Assembly (NCBI RefSeq): GCF_001194135.2
Contig: NC_069005.1
Location: 4,857,805-4,921,804 of the forward strand
Direction of reading: 5' to 3'
Length of the DNA stretch: 64,000 nucleotides
From: Octopus bimaculoides
Lineage: Eukaryota
Positions 19,319 through 29,344 of this stretch are shown one piece after another. Position 1 is the first letter of the stretch; each line of letters begins with the position of its first letter. The translations under genes were made by a program, and so were the position numbers. Below the pieces are notes generated by a model that was given only the letters and a program-made list of their open reading frames with translations, had not been told where the DNA came from and did no database searches.

Positions 19319-19391
19319 GGGCATATAGCGTAGTGGTTAAGAGCGCTGACTACTAACCCCAAGATTCCGAGTTCGATTCCAGGCAGTGACA

Positions 19392-19437
<46 letters not shown>

Positions 19438-19617
19438 TAACATCGAAAAATACCTTAGGAATGAGAACCCAGTTCGAAATTTCACCTGATGAAGGCTGGA
19501 GGGTATATCAGCCGAAACGTTGTGTTAACAACAAAACAAGATGAGGACAAATTTCAGTCAAATGTAAATGATGTAAATAATGTACATAATTCCTCATCTC
19601 TTAAATAAAGAACTGTA
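19319..19617 (+). mobile_element. Composite element E: tRNA-Arg-like head + (AAT)n + Penelope-like terminal segment with hammerhead ribozyme
   Basis: Head GGGCATATAGCGTAGTGG...CTGACTAC...AGATTCCGAGTTCGATTCC resembles tRNA-Arg(ACG) but the anticodon arm is broken. Tail 19480-19617 recurs at 20826-20998. Confidence 0.7.
19483..19524 (+). ncRNA. Minimal type I hammerhead ribozyme motif (Penelope-type)
   Basis: CAC-CTGATGA-A-GGCTG(loop)CAGCC-GAAA-CGTT-GTG. Intact core with one extra A after A9, 5-bp helix II, palindromic ACGT helix III and 3-bp helix I. Predicted cleavage after T19521. Confidence 0.7.
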
Positions 19618-19697
19618 TAGTTTTCTTTAATTACAATAATATTGAGAGTAACTTCAAAGTTTCGCCTACCTAAAAAAGTAACCTATTCCAGTAATTA

Positions 19698-19993
19698 TTT
19701 CATCGGTTCTTTTGCCGAACCACTAAGTTAGGGGCAGGAAATCACACGAAGACCGGTGGTTAAGCGGTTCTGAAACAAAATCAAACACATCCGTGTGTAT
19801 GTATGCATGTATGTAAGTGTTTGTGCATGCGTGTGTGTATGTATGTATGTGTGTATGTCTACCAAATCCACTCACAAGGCTTTGGTCGGCTCGAGGATTT
19901 AGTTGAAGGCATTTATCCAAGGTGACACGCAGTCGGACATGAACACGGAACCATGCAGTTGGTAAGCAGACCTCTCACCGCACAGCCACTCCG
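19698..19993 (-). mobile_element. SINE family B copy
   Basis: Head, core, internal (CATA/CA) repeat and partial tail match 2241-2665. Confidence 0.8.
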
Positions 19994-20433
19994 TGGAGAC
20001 TTACAGCTTGTTTTCATCAAAGTTGTACCGAAATAAATCAAACTTTTATTGCTAGACATCATCAATGATTATCATGATTAATAAACCTTGTCTGCAGTCT
20101 TAATTATTCTTATTTAATTCATATTAATAAATAATGTCTGCTAGCTTCATTATTTCAGTTTTAATTATATTCCAAAAACAATAATTTCTATATTAATTAT
20201 TCTCCGTTAAGTCATTTTAATAACTATTGTACTTTTATAAGTAAAATTATTTACGTGTTCATATTTATTTAAAGTTTAATGAGATCCATAAATTTTATGA
20301 AATCATTATGGAAATCTGGAAGCGGTAAAATGTTTCCAAATGTTTTAGATCGACTGGTTTGAAGCTTGTCTTTTAGAACGAAACATGAAGAGGAAGTAGG
20401 TTGTCGTGTTTGGTTTAACCTCCCCCTGATTAT

Positions 20434-20620
20434 GTGGCTGTGCGGTATAAAGCTGTTTCCCAGCTACGTGGTTCTGGGTTCAGTTCCACAGCGTGGCACC
20501 TTGAACAAGTGACTTGTAGTATAGCCTCGGACCGACCAGATCCTTGTGAGTGGATTTGGTAGGTGGAAACTGAAAGAAGCCCGTCCTATATATGTGTGTG
20601 TGTGTGTCTGTGTGTGTGTG

Positions 20621-20715
<95 letters not shown>

Positions 20716-20783
20716 CTTTGTCTCCATCACCAATGCTTGAAACCAGTATCGGTGTGTTTACGTCCTCGTAACTTAGCGGTTCG
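20434..20783 (+). mobile_element. SINE family B copy with long internal (TG)n, tail truncated at the hammerhead-bearing insertion
   Basis: Head and core match family B. The tail stops at acttagcggttcg, just before the element at 20826. Confidence 0.8.
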
Positions 20784-20825
20784 AGCTTTATATTACAGTT
20801 ATACAAGTAGACGTCACTGCTTCTT

Positions 20826-20998
20826 GTTAACACAACGTTTCGGCTGATATACCCTCCAGCCTTCATCAGGTGTCTTGGGGAAATTTTGAACCTGATGAAG
20901 GCTGTGTTAACAACAAACAAGTTGAGGACAAATATCCGTCAAATCTAAATAATGTAAATAAAGTACATAATTCCTCATCTCTTAAATATAGAACTGTA
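20826..20998. mobile_element. Penelope-like terminal segment in inverted + direct arrangement
   Basis: A minus-strand hammerhead segment (20826-20885) abuts a plus-strand copy (20890-20998) that lacks helix II and GAAA. The plus copy otherwise matches 19486-19617. Confidence 0.65.
20829..20874 (-). ncRNA. Minimal type I hammerhead ribozyme motif, second copy
   Basis: GACAC-CTGATGA-A-GGCTG...CAGCC-GAAACGTT-GTGTT. Helix I has 4 Watson-Crick pairs plus one G-U. Confidence 0.75.
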
Positions 20999-21334
20999 AG
21001 TCGATTTCTTTTCGCATAGAGGGGACATCTATGTCCTCTCAGCCGTTTAAATCGCTCGGAAACTGGAATAATCTGCAGCCTAATAATCGGATGTTTTTCA
21101 AGACAGATTTTATCTTTACAGACTTGCATCTCTTTACTCAGCAGAACACTAGCAAATGAAACTGATTGTAAAACCATTTCTTTTAAAGACCATAATCTTT
21201 AAGATATCATAACATTTGCTGATATTCTGTTAGTTGTACGTTCGAAAGAATAGCAATGATACAGCTAATTGATAAATCAATTATAAATGAATCGTAAATA
21301 CTTGCTAAATATTTCCGAAGACCAAGCAAATTAG

Positions 21335-21592
21335 AGAGATGGAGATGCCGATTACCTCGACCCCAGTACTCGACTGGGACTTATTTTATCGACTCCAAAG
21401 GACGAAGATCGTTAACTCAGAACCTAAAGAGCCGGCAGAAATGCCGCTACGCGCTTTGTCCTATGCAATATTGATAGGGATGAAAGTTAAAGCCAATCTC
21501 GACGGAATTTGAACTCAGAACGTAAATACGGACGAAATACCGTTATGCATTTTGTCCGGCGTGTTAACGATTCTGTCAGCTCATTGCCTTAG
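21335..21592 (-). mobile_element. SINE family C, two tandem partial copies followed by (AAT)n
   Basis: The gaactcagaac...ccgctacgc / ccgttatgc segment occurs twice in tandem. Confidence 0.75.
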
Positions 21593-21594
21593 GA

Positions 21595-21664
<70 letters not shown>

Positions 21665-21972
21665 TATTTAAGCTGCTAAAATAAGGCAAGGCAGGGGCGC
21701 AGAGAAGGCGAAGAGTATTGAGCTGTTTCGGATTAAATGAGGAACGATATCGAAGACCGTTTTCTGTGATGCTAAATGATGGTGCTAATAATAGGACATT
21801 AATAATAACATGGAATTAGGTAGGGTGAGGAGCATGGGAAAGATAACAGGATTTTGTAATTAGGATTCAACTACAAAAGGATTCTAAGGCTCAGTTTTCA
21901 GTGATGGCATGCGAAAACGCTTTGGATATCATACACTTAAGCATTTGCAATTAGATTAGTAATGAAGGGCTT

Positions 21973-22076
21973 GGAGAAAGAGAGACAGGGAGAGAAAGAG
22001 AGACAGGGAGAGAAAGAGAGACAGGGAGAGAAAGAGAGACAGGGAGAGAAAGAGAGACAGGGAGAGAAAGAGAGAT
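21973..22076. repeat. 18-bp purine minisatellite (GAGAAAGAGAGACAGGGA) x5-6
   Basis: Read directly from the sequence. Confidence 0.9.
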
Positions 22077-23157
22077 AGAGGGACATACAAGAGGGACTCA
22101 AAGAGAGGAAGCAAGAGAGAGAGAGAGTGTGTGTGTGTGTGAATAAACCTATTCTAACCACGCTATTAAAACCCGATCTAATGCAAAAAGCGAGTATTCA
22201 ATTAGCAGAATAATGGGATATCACTTATGAAATATATTTAAGGTATTTTGGGGATTAGTAGAGAAAATAGCGCAGGAGAAAAAAAACTAAACCTCCAGCA
22301 GCGTACCCCTGAAAATATATATTGCTTTCAGCAAAGATATTCTCACTGGTGATGCCATCCTTCTATATTGCAAAAATATAATTCCTTTTCCCTAAATAAA
22401 TTGTACTTCATATTAGAGTTCCCGATGAAGATATACGATGATATTCAAGCACGCAAATAAGTGTCCTTGCATCCCATAGCAGAAACAGCTGTAAGGCAAT
22501 GAAGTTCATAACATAACCATTGTTTATCCTGTGTCCTCTCTTCTTCTTGTTACCAATCTATACTCATCTATCAATTTGTTCTGAAACATACGTATATAGA
22601 CATAGACACACACACACCTATATATGTATANNNNNNNNNNNNNNNNNNNNNNNNNNNNNNNNNNNNNNNNNNNNNNNNNNNNNNNNNNNNNNNNNNNNNN
22701 NNNNNNNNNNNNNNNNNNNNNNNNNNNNNNNNNNNNNNNNNNNNNNNNNNNNNNNNNNNNNCGATCTTATGTATGTATGTATGTATGTATATAAATTTTG
22801 TTTTCTCTGCTATCAAAATATTTGGACCTAAACTAAGAGTCTTTTGACACAGAAAATGATATCCATTTATTACCATCACAACAAAATTTTATGATACTGG
22901 ATTCAAAGAATTTCGATATTTTGTTTGTCTATGATTTTTTGTCAATAAACTGTGTGTGAGAAAAACAAGACACAACATACAAACAAACGTAGAGATTGGT
23001 TTTTCTTCAAAACTAAAATGTTTTCTTAAAATTCTGCTGACAATTTATTTAAAATCTTAAAATTTCACCAGAGAAATTGTCTCATTGTTGATGCCTAATT
23101 TCCCATGAATTTGTGCTCGGATGATATTCTTCAGTGCTGAATCTCAGGAAGATCATG

Positions 23158-23960
23158 AGCCAAGTTCCAGTAATATCCAGCCATCATATGCAAGTCCCAT
23201 CTGCCATCATACCTTTGTTCCATTGATTATATCTCCTGATGGAAATGCTCTCCCGGTTCGTCACTTGTGTTACGAAGATTTTCAAAGAATTTATCACGAT
23301 AACTGCGCAGCTTTATGCTTATATTTGCTACCAACTTTTGAAAATTCGCTAGCATCTTATCGACTATTTCGACATAGTTGGCTGCTTTCTTGTTGCCCAG
23401 AAATTCATTTACAACTATTACAATTTAATTCTATGCTGCTGCTTCAATGCAATTCATTAGATTGACAAAGTTCTCATCTTTTAACAATTTTCTGATTCAA
23501 GGCCCATCAAATACTCCAGCTATCTTTTCACTGCTCAGACTGGGAAATATGCTGCAGATATAGTGAAAGCATGGTCCATCTTTATCCAGAGCTTTAACAA
23601 ATTACTTCATAACACCAAGTTTGATATGAATTAGGGGTGGGACGATTTTACCCCGTTTGAAGTAAAGGATCTTCAACTACATTTAAAGACCCTAGAACTA
23701 ATGTTTACTCTGGCCATTCTTTGCTGTTTTCCTTGCATCTACTCCCACTTACATAAAAAATCGTAGATACTTGGTGCATCTACTTTGTTGCCCATGAGAA
23801 AAATTGAGTCTTAAACTCCGCGCAGGTCACCCACAAGAGATTGGGGTATTTGAGAGTCTTGGAATCTAGACGGGATGCTAAATAAAAAATTGGATTCCAT
23901 TTTGGGATTCAATAGATAAAAATCCTTCAAATCTGGTAAAGAAAAAAAAACATCTTGACA
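23158..23960 (-). mobile_element. Decayed DNA-transposon transposase, Chapaev-3/CMC-like
   Basis: Minus frame PPLIHIKLGVMK*FVKALDKDGPCFHYICSIFPSLSSEKIAGVFDGP*IRKLL...SDEPGEHFHQEI*SMEQRYDGRW...YW, with upstream VGDL and GQQSRCTKY blocks. Several stops and frameshifts. Superfamily assigned from remembered motifs and needs an HMM search. Confidence 0.7.
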
Positions 23961-24219
23961 ACAACATATCTGTTGGAGCGAGTTACGTATCATAAAACAA
24001 AGCTATCCCTGCTATTTTCTGTTTCAATGTACATAGATTCATAAATATATGTGCGTGTGTGGGTGCGTGCTCACGCGTGTGTTTGTGTTTGCATGTGGGC
24101 GGAGCGTGTGTGCATGTGAAGAAATGAAATTTAAGAGATGTAGTGACCTGGTGCTATTTCGCCAGGTTTAGGAAATATAAATAAATTACTTCAAAGACAC
24201 CGAGTGCATTTTTAAATTC

Positions 24220-24225
24220 TTTATT
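24220..24225 (-). promoter_or_regulatory. Candidate polyadenylation signal of the homeobox gene
   Basis: AATAAA on the minus strand about 540 bp past the stop, across a gap. Motif only. Confidence 0.25.
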
Positions 24226-24680
24226 ATTTCCAATTTTGCATAAATATAAACATGTCCATAAATATAAAATATATTAACATTTATATATATATATATNNNN
24301 NNNNNNNNNNNNNNNNNNNNNNNNNNNNNNNNNNNNNNNNNNNNNNNNNNNNNNNNNNNNNNNNNNNNNNNNNNNNNNNNNNNNNNNNNNNNNNNNNNNN
24401 NNNNNNNNNNNNNNNNNNNNNNNNNNNNNNNNNNNNNNNNNNNNNNNNNNNNNNNNNNNNNNNNNNNNNNNNNNNNNNNNNNNNNNNNNNNNNNNNNNNN
24501 NNNNNNNNNNNNNNNNNNNNNNNNNNNNNNNNNNNNNNNNNNNNNNNNNNNNNNNNNNNNNNNNNNNNNNNNNNNNNNNNNNNNNNNNNNNNNNNNNNNN
24601 NNNNNNNNNNNNNNNNNNNNNNNNNNNNNNNNNNNNNNNNNNNNNNNNNNNNNNNNNNNNNNNNNNNNNNNTATATATAT

Positions 24681-24737
<57 letters not shown>

Positions 24738-24765
24738 GACATACAGAGAGAGAAGGAGAAAGATA

Positions 24766-25238
24766 TCAAGAATGAGATGATCTTCTGGAAGCTGTTTCCT
24801 GTCGATGTACTGGGCAGAATTGCTTCGGGTCAATCCCGAACGGAAACCAGGGACGATAAACCTGTACACGTTTCAAAGAAACAGGAACCAATGAACTACT
24901 ATCATCATCATCATCATCGTCATCATCATTATCATTGTCATCATCAACATTGTGATCGCTTGTTTTAGATGACATCCAATCAGGAGGCGTTTTACAATTC
25001 CGAGTTGGCAAGTTGTGTCGAAATGTGTTTGCTTTTTTCTTCGATTTAGCTCGTCGATTTTGATACCATATACGAATCTGTTTGTCACTAAGGCCAGTTC
25101 GTTTGACCAATTTTTTCCGGGTTTCACCTGAACAAAATCGTTCCTTGTTGTAGGAGGCTTCAAGCAATTCCAGTTGAAAGGGTAAATACGGTTGCCGAAA
25201 CGGTTTCATTTGATCTCTTTGTGGTATCTCCTTAGAAT
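24766..25238 (-). CDS. Homeobox gene, terminal exon containing a divergent Q50 homeodomain (homeobox 25209-25030)
   Basis: Acceptor atttgctcttttgcag|AT. The 60-aa MKPFRQPYLPFQLELLEASYNKERFCSGETRKKLVKRTGLSDKQIRIWYQNRRAKSKKKA aligns without gaps to the homeodomain consensus (R5, Q12, L16, E17, R31, L40, Q44, W48, Q50, N51, R53, K55). It is followed by an acidic tract, a YRPW motif and the stop at 24768-24766. Joined CDS is 1692 nt, 563 aa. Family not recognised. Confidence 0.92.
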
Positions 25239-25446
25239 CTGCAAAAGAGCAAATGATAAGAACGGTGAAGTTTAATAAACATAGCAAACACAATAAATAT
25301 GCCAGACTTTTGAGGGGAGGGGGAAATCGATTACATCGACTTCAGTGATCAAATATAAAAGAATAACGATCAAAAATCAAAATCGAAAAATTAAAGCAAA
25401 ATCGTAGAAAGTGGCAACATAAACACATGCAACAAAATAAATTTAC

Positions 25447-25644
25447 CCGAGGAAGAAGCAGAGGCCGTCGTTAATGGCGTCGATGATGTTGTTTCTGCTG
25501 CAGCTGTTGTAGATAATGACGGTGAGGTGGTTGATGGGTGGACTGGAGTACTGCACAACGGTGGGGTCTTGTCCAATCCACCCGTATGTAACTTATCGAT
25601 ATTTACATTCACACAGGTACGTTCTTCAATTTCGTATTCGTCAT
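25447..25644 (-). CDS. Homeobox gene, coding exon 3 (198 nt, DDEYEIEERTC...TASASSS)
   Basis: Acceptor tttctctccttaacacag|AT, donor TCG G|GTAAAT. Phase 1 at both ends and in frame with exons 2 and 4. Confidence 0.8.
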
Positions 25645-25787
25645 CTGTGTTAAGGAGAGAAAACGGAATAGCGTGATGGCCCTTTATATGTCAAACATGG
25701 ATGCAAATTGTGGGTAGGGGTCACAACAGTGGGATTCTGTTGATATAAGCAAGGTGAAGCAGTAGAAATTAATTTAATATAGGGGCA

Positions 25788-25924
25788 GCAGGCGCAGCCG
25801 TGTGATAATAAGTTTGCTTCGCAACCACATAGTTCCAGGTTCAGCTTAATTGCATGGCACTGAGCAAATATCTTTTACAAAGCCATGTGAGTGAATTTGG
25901 TAAATGGACACTGAAAGAAACCTG

Positions 25925-25981
<57 letters not shown>

Positions 25982-26075
25982 TGTGTGCTTGACAACCAGT
26001 GTTGGTGTGTTTACATCCGTGATTCTTTCGACAAAAAATCTTTTAAGGCGCTGCCCCAGCATGACCGCAATCATA
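25788..26075 (+). mobile_element. SINE family B copy (diverged) in homeobox intron 2
   Basis: Head, core, (TG)n and internally deleted tail match family B. Confidence 0.7.
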
Positions 26076-26137
26076 CCTGTATATATATACATACATACAA
26101 ACATACATACATACATACATACATACATACATACAGA

Positions 26138-26235
26138 GTGCTTCTTTCAGTTTCCGTCTACCAAATCCACTCACAAATTATTGATCGTCCCGCAGATATA
26201 GTAGAAGACACTCGCGCAAGGTGCCACGCAGCGAA
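26138..26235 (-). mobile_element. SINE family B core fragment in homeobox intron 2, inverted relative to 25788-26075
   Basis: ttctttcagtttccgtctaccaaatccactcac...aaggtgccacgcag is the reverse complement of the family B core. Confidence 0.75.
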
Positions 26236-26307
26236 CTTCTTAGTACACAGATATAATGCGCCTGTTTAATGAAAAAAAAATCAAATAATTAATATAAATT
26301 CATTTAC

Positions 26308-27099
26308 CTGCATTTATGGAATATTCTGGTTCCATTCTGATGATAGGTTGCCGTGTTCGAGTACAATCCGGGGGCCCACTCCTAATCGATATGGGCAGAT
26401 GTGAATTGAATGGTCTTTGAGAAATATTTTTAAAAACGGTCACGTTTGGTTCATTTTCCATTTGCATAAAACGGCTGCAATCGGGAAGAGATAATTTAGG
26501 GTTGTTTAAATAAGGTCCAGATTGGCAACTCTGCGTTTGGCTATCAAAATTTACAAATTTTGACTGACAATCCCTTATAGGGTTCGTATTTCTATGGGTT
26601 TTGAGGAATCTTTGAAAATTATAAACTTTATCATTTTCGTTCCTGTAACTCATATCAGAAGTTTCATATCCAGGGAGCTTTTTCTCAGAATCGAAAGAAG
26701 CGGTGTCAAAATTTGGTTCGAAATCTTCACATGTAGTATTTCCTGAGAAAACAGCATCGTTGATAGTCTTTCCATTAGAATAGCAATCAAAGATATTGCG
26801 CTGGAAATGAGGCGGAATGGTTGAAGCCGGCGAGTTTATCATAGCTGTGTGATAACAGTTCGAACGATGAAAAAGCTCTTCATAATTACGGGGTTCTTTT
26901 GTCGTGACGGGTTGCGATCGAAGTTCAGGAGATATATTTGATGTAACACGAGACAAAGTTGCCTTATCTTCCTTTTGTTTGGCATCTGATGAATGAGTGT
27001 TTTCATACTGCAGTTCACGGGGGAATGGTTGTGACCGTGTGAACATTACCTGGTAGTTTGGATACTGGTCATCAAGTGGTAAGAAAGGTGAGGTGGTAG
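26308..27099 (-). CDS. Homeobox gene, coding exon 2 (792 nt, S/T/P/N-rich)
   Basis: Largest complex ORF in the region (26300-27130). Acceptor tttcatccactccctttacag|CT at 27100/27099 and donor GCA G|GTAAAT at 26308/26307. Phase 1 at both ends. Confidence 0.8.
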
Positions 27100-27487
27100 C
27101 TGTAAAGGGAGTGGATGAAAAAAAGCACATACAATTTTAGCTAGACACAAGGTTTGAATTTTTAAGAAAAGTACGCAAGAACAATTTGATACAGGTTATA
27201 TTAGGAGAGTTTATTTTCAACTAACGAAATACTACATTAGAATCGTGGCTACCAATACACACATCACGCACGCACACAGGCATACACACAGACACACAAA
27301 CACAAATACGAATACACACACATACACACACACACATGTATGCATAGATAGATAGATAAATAGATAGACAGACAGACAAAAAGACAGATAGATAAGCGTT
27401 TATAGACTAATTATATTTATAGAAATTAAAATATCCACGCAATTGTTAAATTAATGGCATTATTAATAACAATCCGTTCTAATAAAG

Positions 27488-27682
27488 GCACAAGGCCTGA
27501 AATTTGGGGGAAAGGACTAGTAGATTACATCGATCCCAGTACTCAAGTGGTATTTATTTTATCGACCCCGAAAGGATAAAAGGAAAAGTCGACCTTGGTA
27601 GAATTTGAACTGAGAATGAAGAGACAAATGAAATAACGCTAAACATTTTTCTCGGCGTGCTAACGATTCTTCCAACTCGCCA
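27488..27682 (-). mobile_element. tRNA-derived SINE family C (homeobox intron 1)
   Basis: Sense strand ggcgagttggaagaa (A-box-like) ... cagttcaaattc (B box) ... cctttcggggtcgataaaat...taccac ... ccttgtgcc. Repeated at 13293, 21335, 31251, 38222 and 61191. Confidence 0.85.
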
Positions 27683-27985
27683 ATAATAATAATAATAATA
27701 ATAATCAACCGGATTATTAAATTCAATGAACAACAATACATAAGAGATGAAAAAGAATCTTCAAAGTGGTAGTTCAATTTGCTAAAACGTGCAGTCAAAT
27801 CTCTTCCAAAGTTTATTTTACCGTTTAAAAAGAAAGATGGTTTTGGTGGACATAGTTGTAGGTACTTTAAAATTGGTAGCCGGAGAGAATTAGATGTTTA
27901 CAGTCGGAATATCATTGATCATTGGTTTATTTCCTTGAGGTTGTATGCTTAATTCTAAGCGAAAGGGACAGACTGTATTTGTGTG

Positions 27986-28101
<116 letters not shown>

Positions 28102-28127
28102 TTGATTGATAGATAGTTAGAGAGAGT

Positions 28128-28165
<38 letters not shown>

Positions 28166-28489
28166 GACAGAGACAGATTGATTGATAGATAGATATTTAC
28201 TGCACATGTAAACAAATACCGAAAACAGTTATCTCTACACTATGTATGTATGCATGTATGTATATATATATACACATATATACATGCATACATACATGAA
28301 CACTGCTGTTCGTATAAGTATGTATGTGTGCCATTATTTAATTTTGTTTCAACATTTCTTATCAATAGAGAAAGACCCCTTCACTGGAATTGCAACAAAA
28401 TCAACAGAATATTTTTAATGTATGCATGTATATGAGCAGTATTTGGCGTCAGTGCATTATCTATGCATGTAAATATGTATATGCGTGTA

Positions 28490-28695
28490 GATGTGTGTGT
28501 ATATGTTTTCCCCCCAACATTGCTCTTGACAACCGATGTCGGCGTACTTACGTCCCCGTAACTTAGCCGGTGGTCAACTGAGACCCATAGAATAAGTACT
28601 AGGCTTAGAAAGAATAGGTATTGGGGTTGATTTGTTTGAATAAAAGGGGTGCTCCAGCATGGCCGCAGCCAAATAACTGAAAGAAGTAAAAGAAT
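28490..28695 (+). mobile_element. SINE family B 3' tail in homeobox intron 1
   Basis: Matches the tail module (cttgacaaccgat...gctccagcatggccgcag...aaagaata). Confidence 0.75.
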
Positions 28696-28717
28696 ATATA
28701 TATACATATATATATAC

Positions 28718-28946
28718 CTTGCGTAGAATGCCGAAGGATGTTTAAGTCTTTTTTCCACTCAGGAAATTCGTTTGAAGTGGACAGCATGTTCAATCTCCCC
28801 GTTGGTTGTCTTTGATTCTGATCTTGAACTAAAGAATTTTCTGTCGATATTTCCAACGTAGAATCAGCATCGCACACCTGATAATTCTGGTCGGTATCGA
28901 TATTGTTCCAAGTTATATTTGATATCAGCGCACCTGTGTCTGACAT
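28718..28946 (-). CDS. Homeobox gene, coding exon 1 (MSDTGALISNITWNN...LRHSTQ)
   Basis: ATG at 28946 in CAAAATG context. Open non-repetitive frame ending CAA G|GTATAT (donor at 28717), phase 1, matching the phase-1 acceptor of exon 2. The true start is not proven because the frame stays open to 29024. Confidence 0.65.
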
Positions 28947-29105
28947 TTTGCTTTCGTTATATAGAATGGTTCTTTCCTTATTGTGAAGAGGCCGAAGATT
29001 TATTCGAAAAGAGAGAAAATGCATTTCATATAATTAGACAAAAAAACAAATAATACAAAAAAAAATAGATTAAATACTGATGGGACTTCATTCCATAAAT
29101 TCACC

Positions 29106-29138
<33 letters not shown>

Positions 29139-29162
29139 TACATACGTATATGCATACATATA

Positions 29163-29344
29163 CGAGGGGGGGGGTGAAAAGTTGCCGAACCTTCTGAGTT
29201 CTTTAACAAGGCTCAGAATAATTGAAGGACCGCTGAAAATACATGTATTAAACTGAGGGAGGAAAATGTTGAATATAATCATTATTAACTGTTCCTCTTG
29301 CACTCACTTTTATCGAAAGCCAGGAACTTTTCAGTACCCTCTCA
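29163..29344. mobile_element. Tc1/mariner-type MITE
   Basis: Left TA|CGAGGGGGGGGGTGAAAAGTT and right AACTTTTCAGTACCCTCTCA|TA are imperfect terminal inverted repeats with a TA duplication. No ORF. Confidence 0.75.

Noticed and set aside
19319-19390. Possible tRNA gene
   Set aside because: The anticodon stem and acceptor stem do not pair properly. It is a SINE head. The same applies to the heads at about 345-415, 10570-10636 and 38430-38495.
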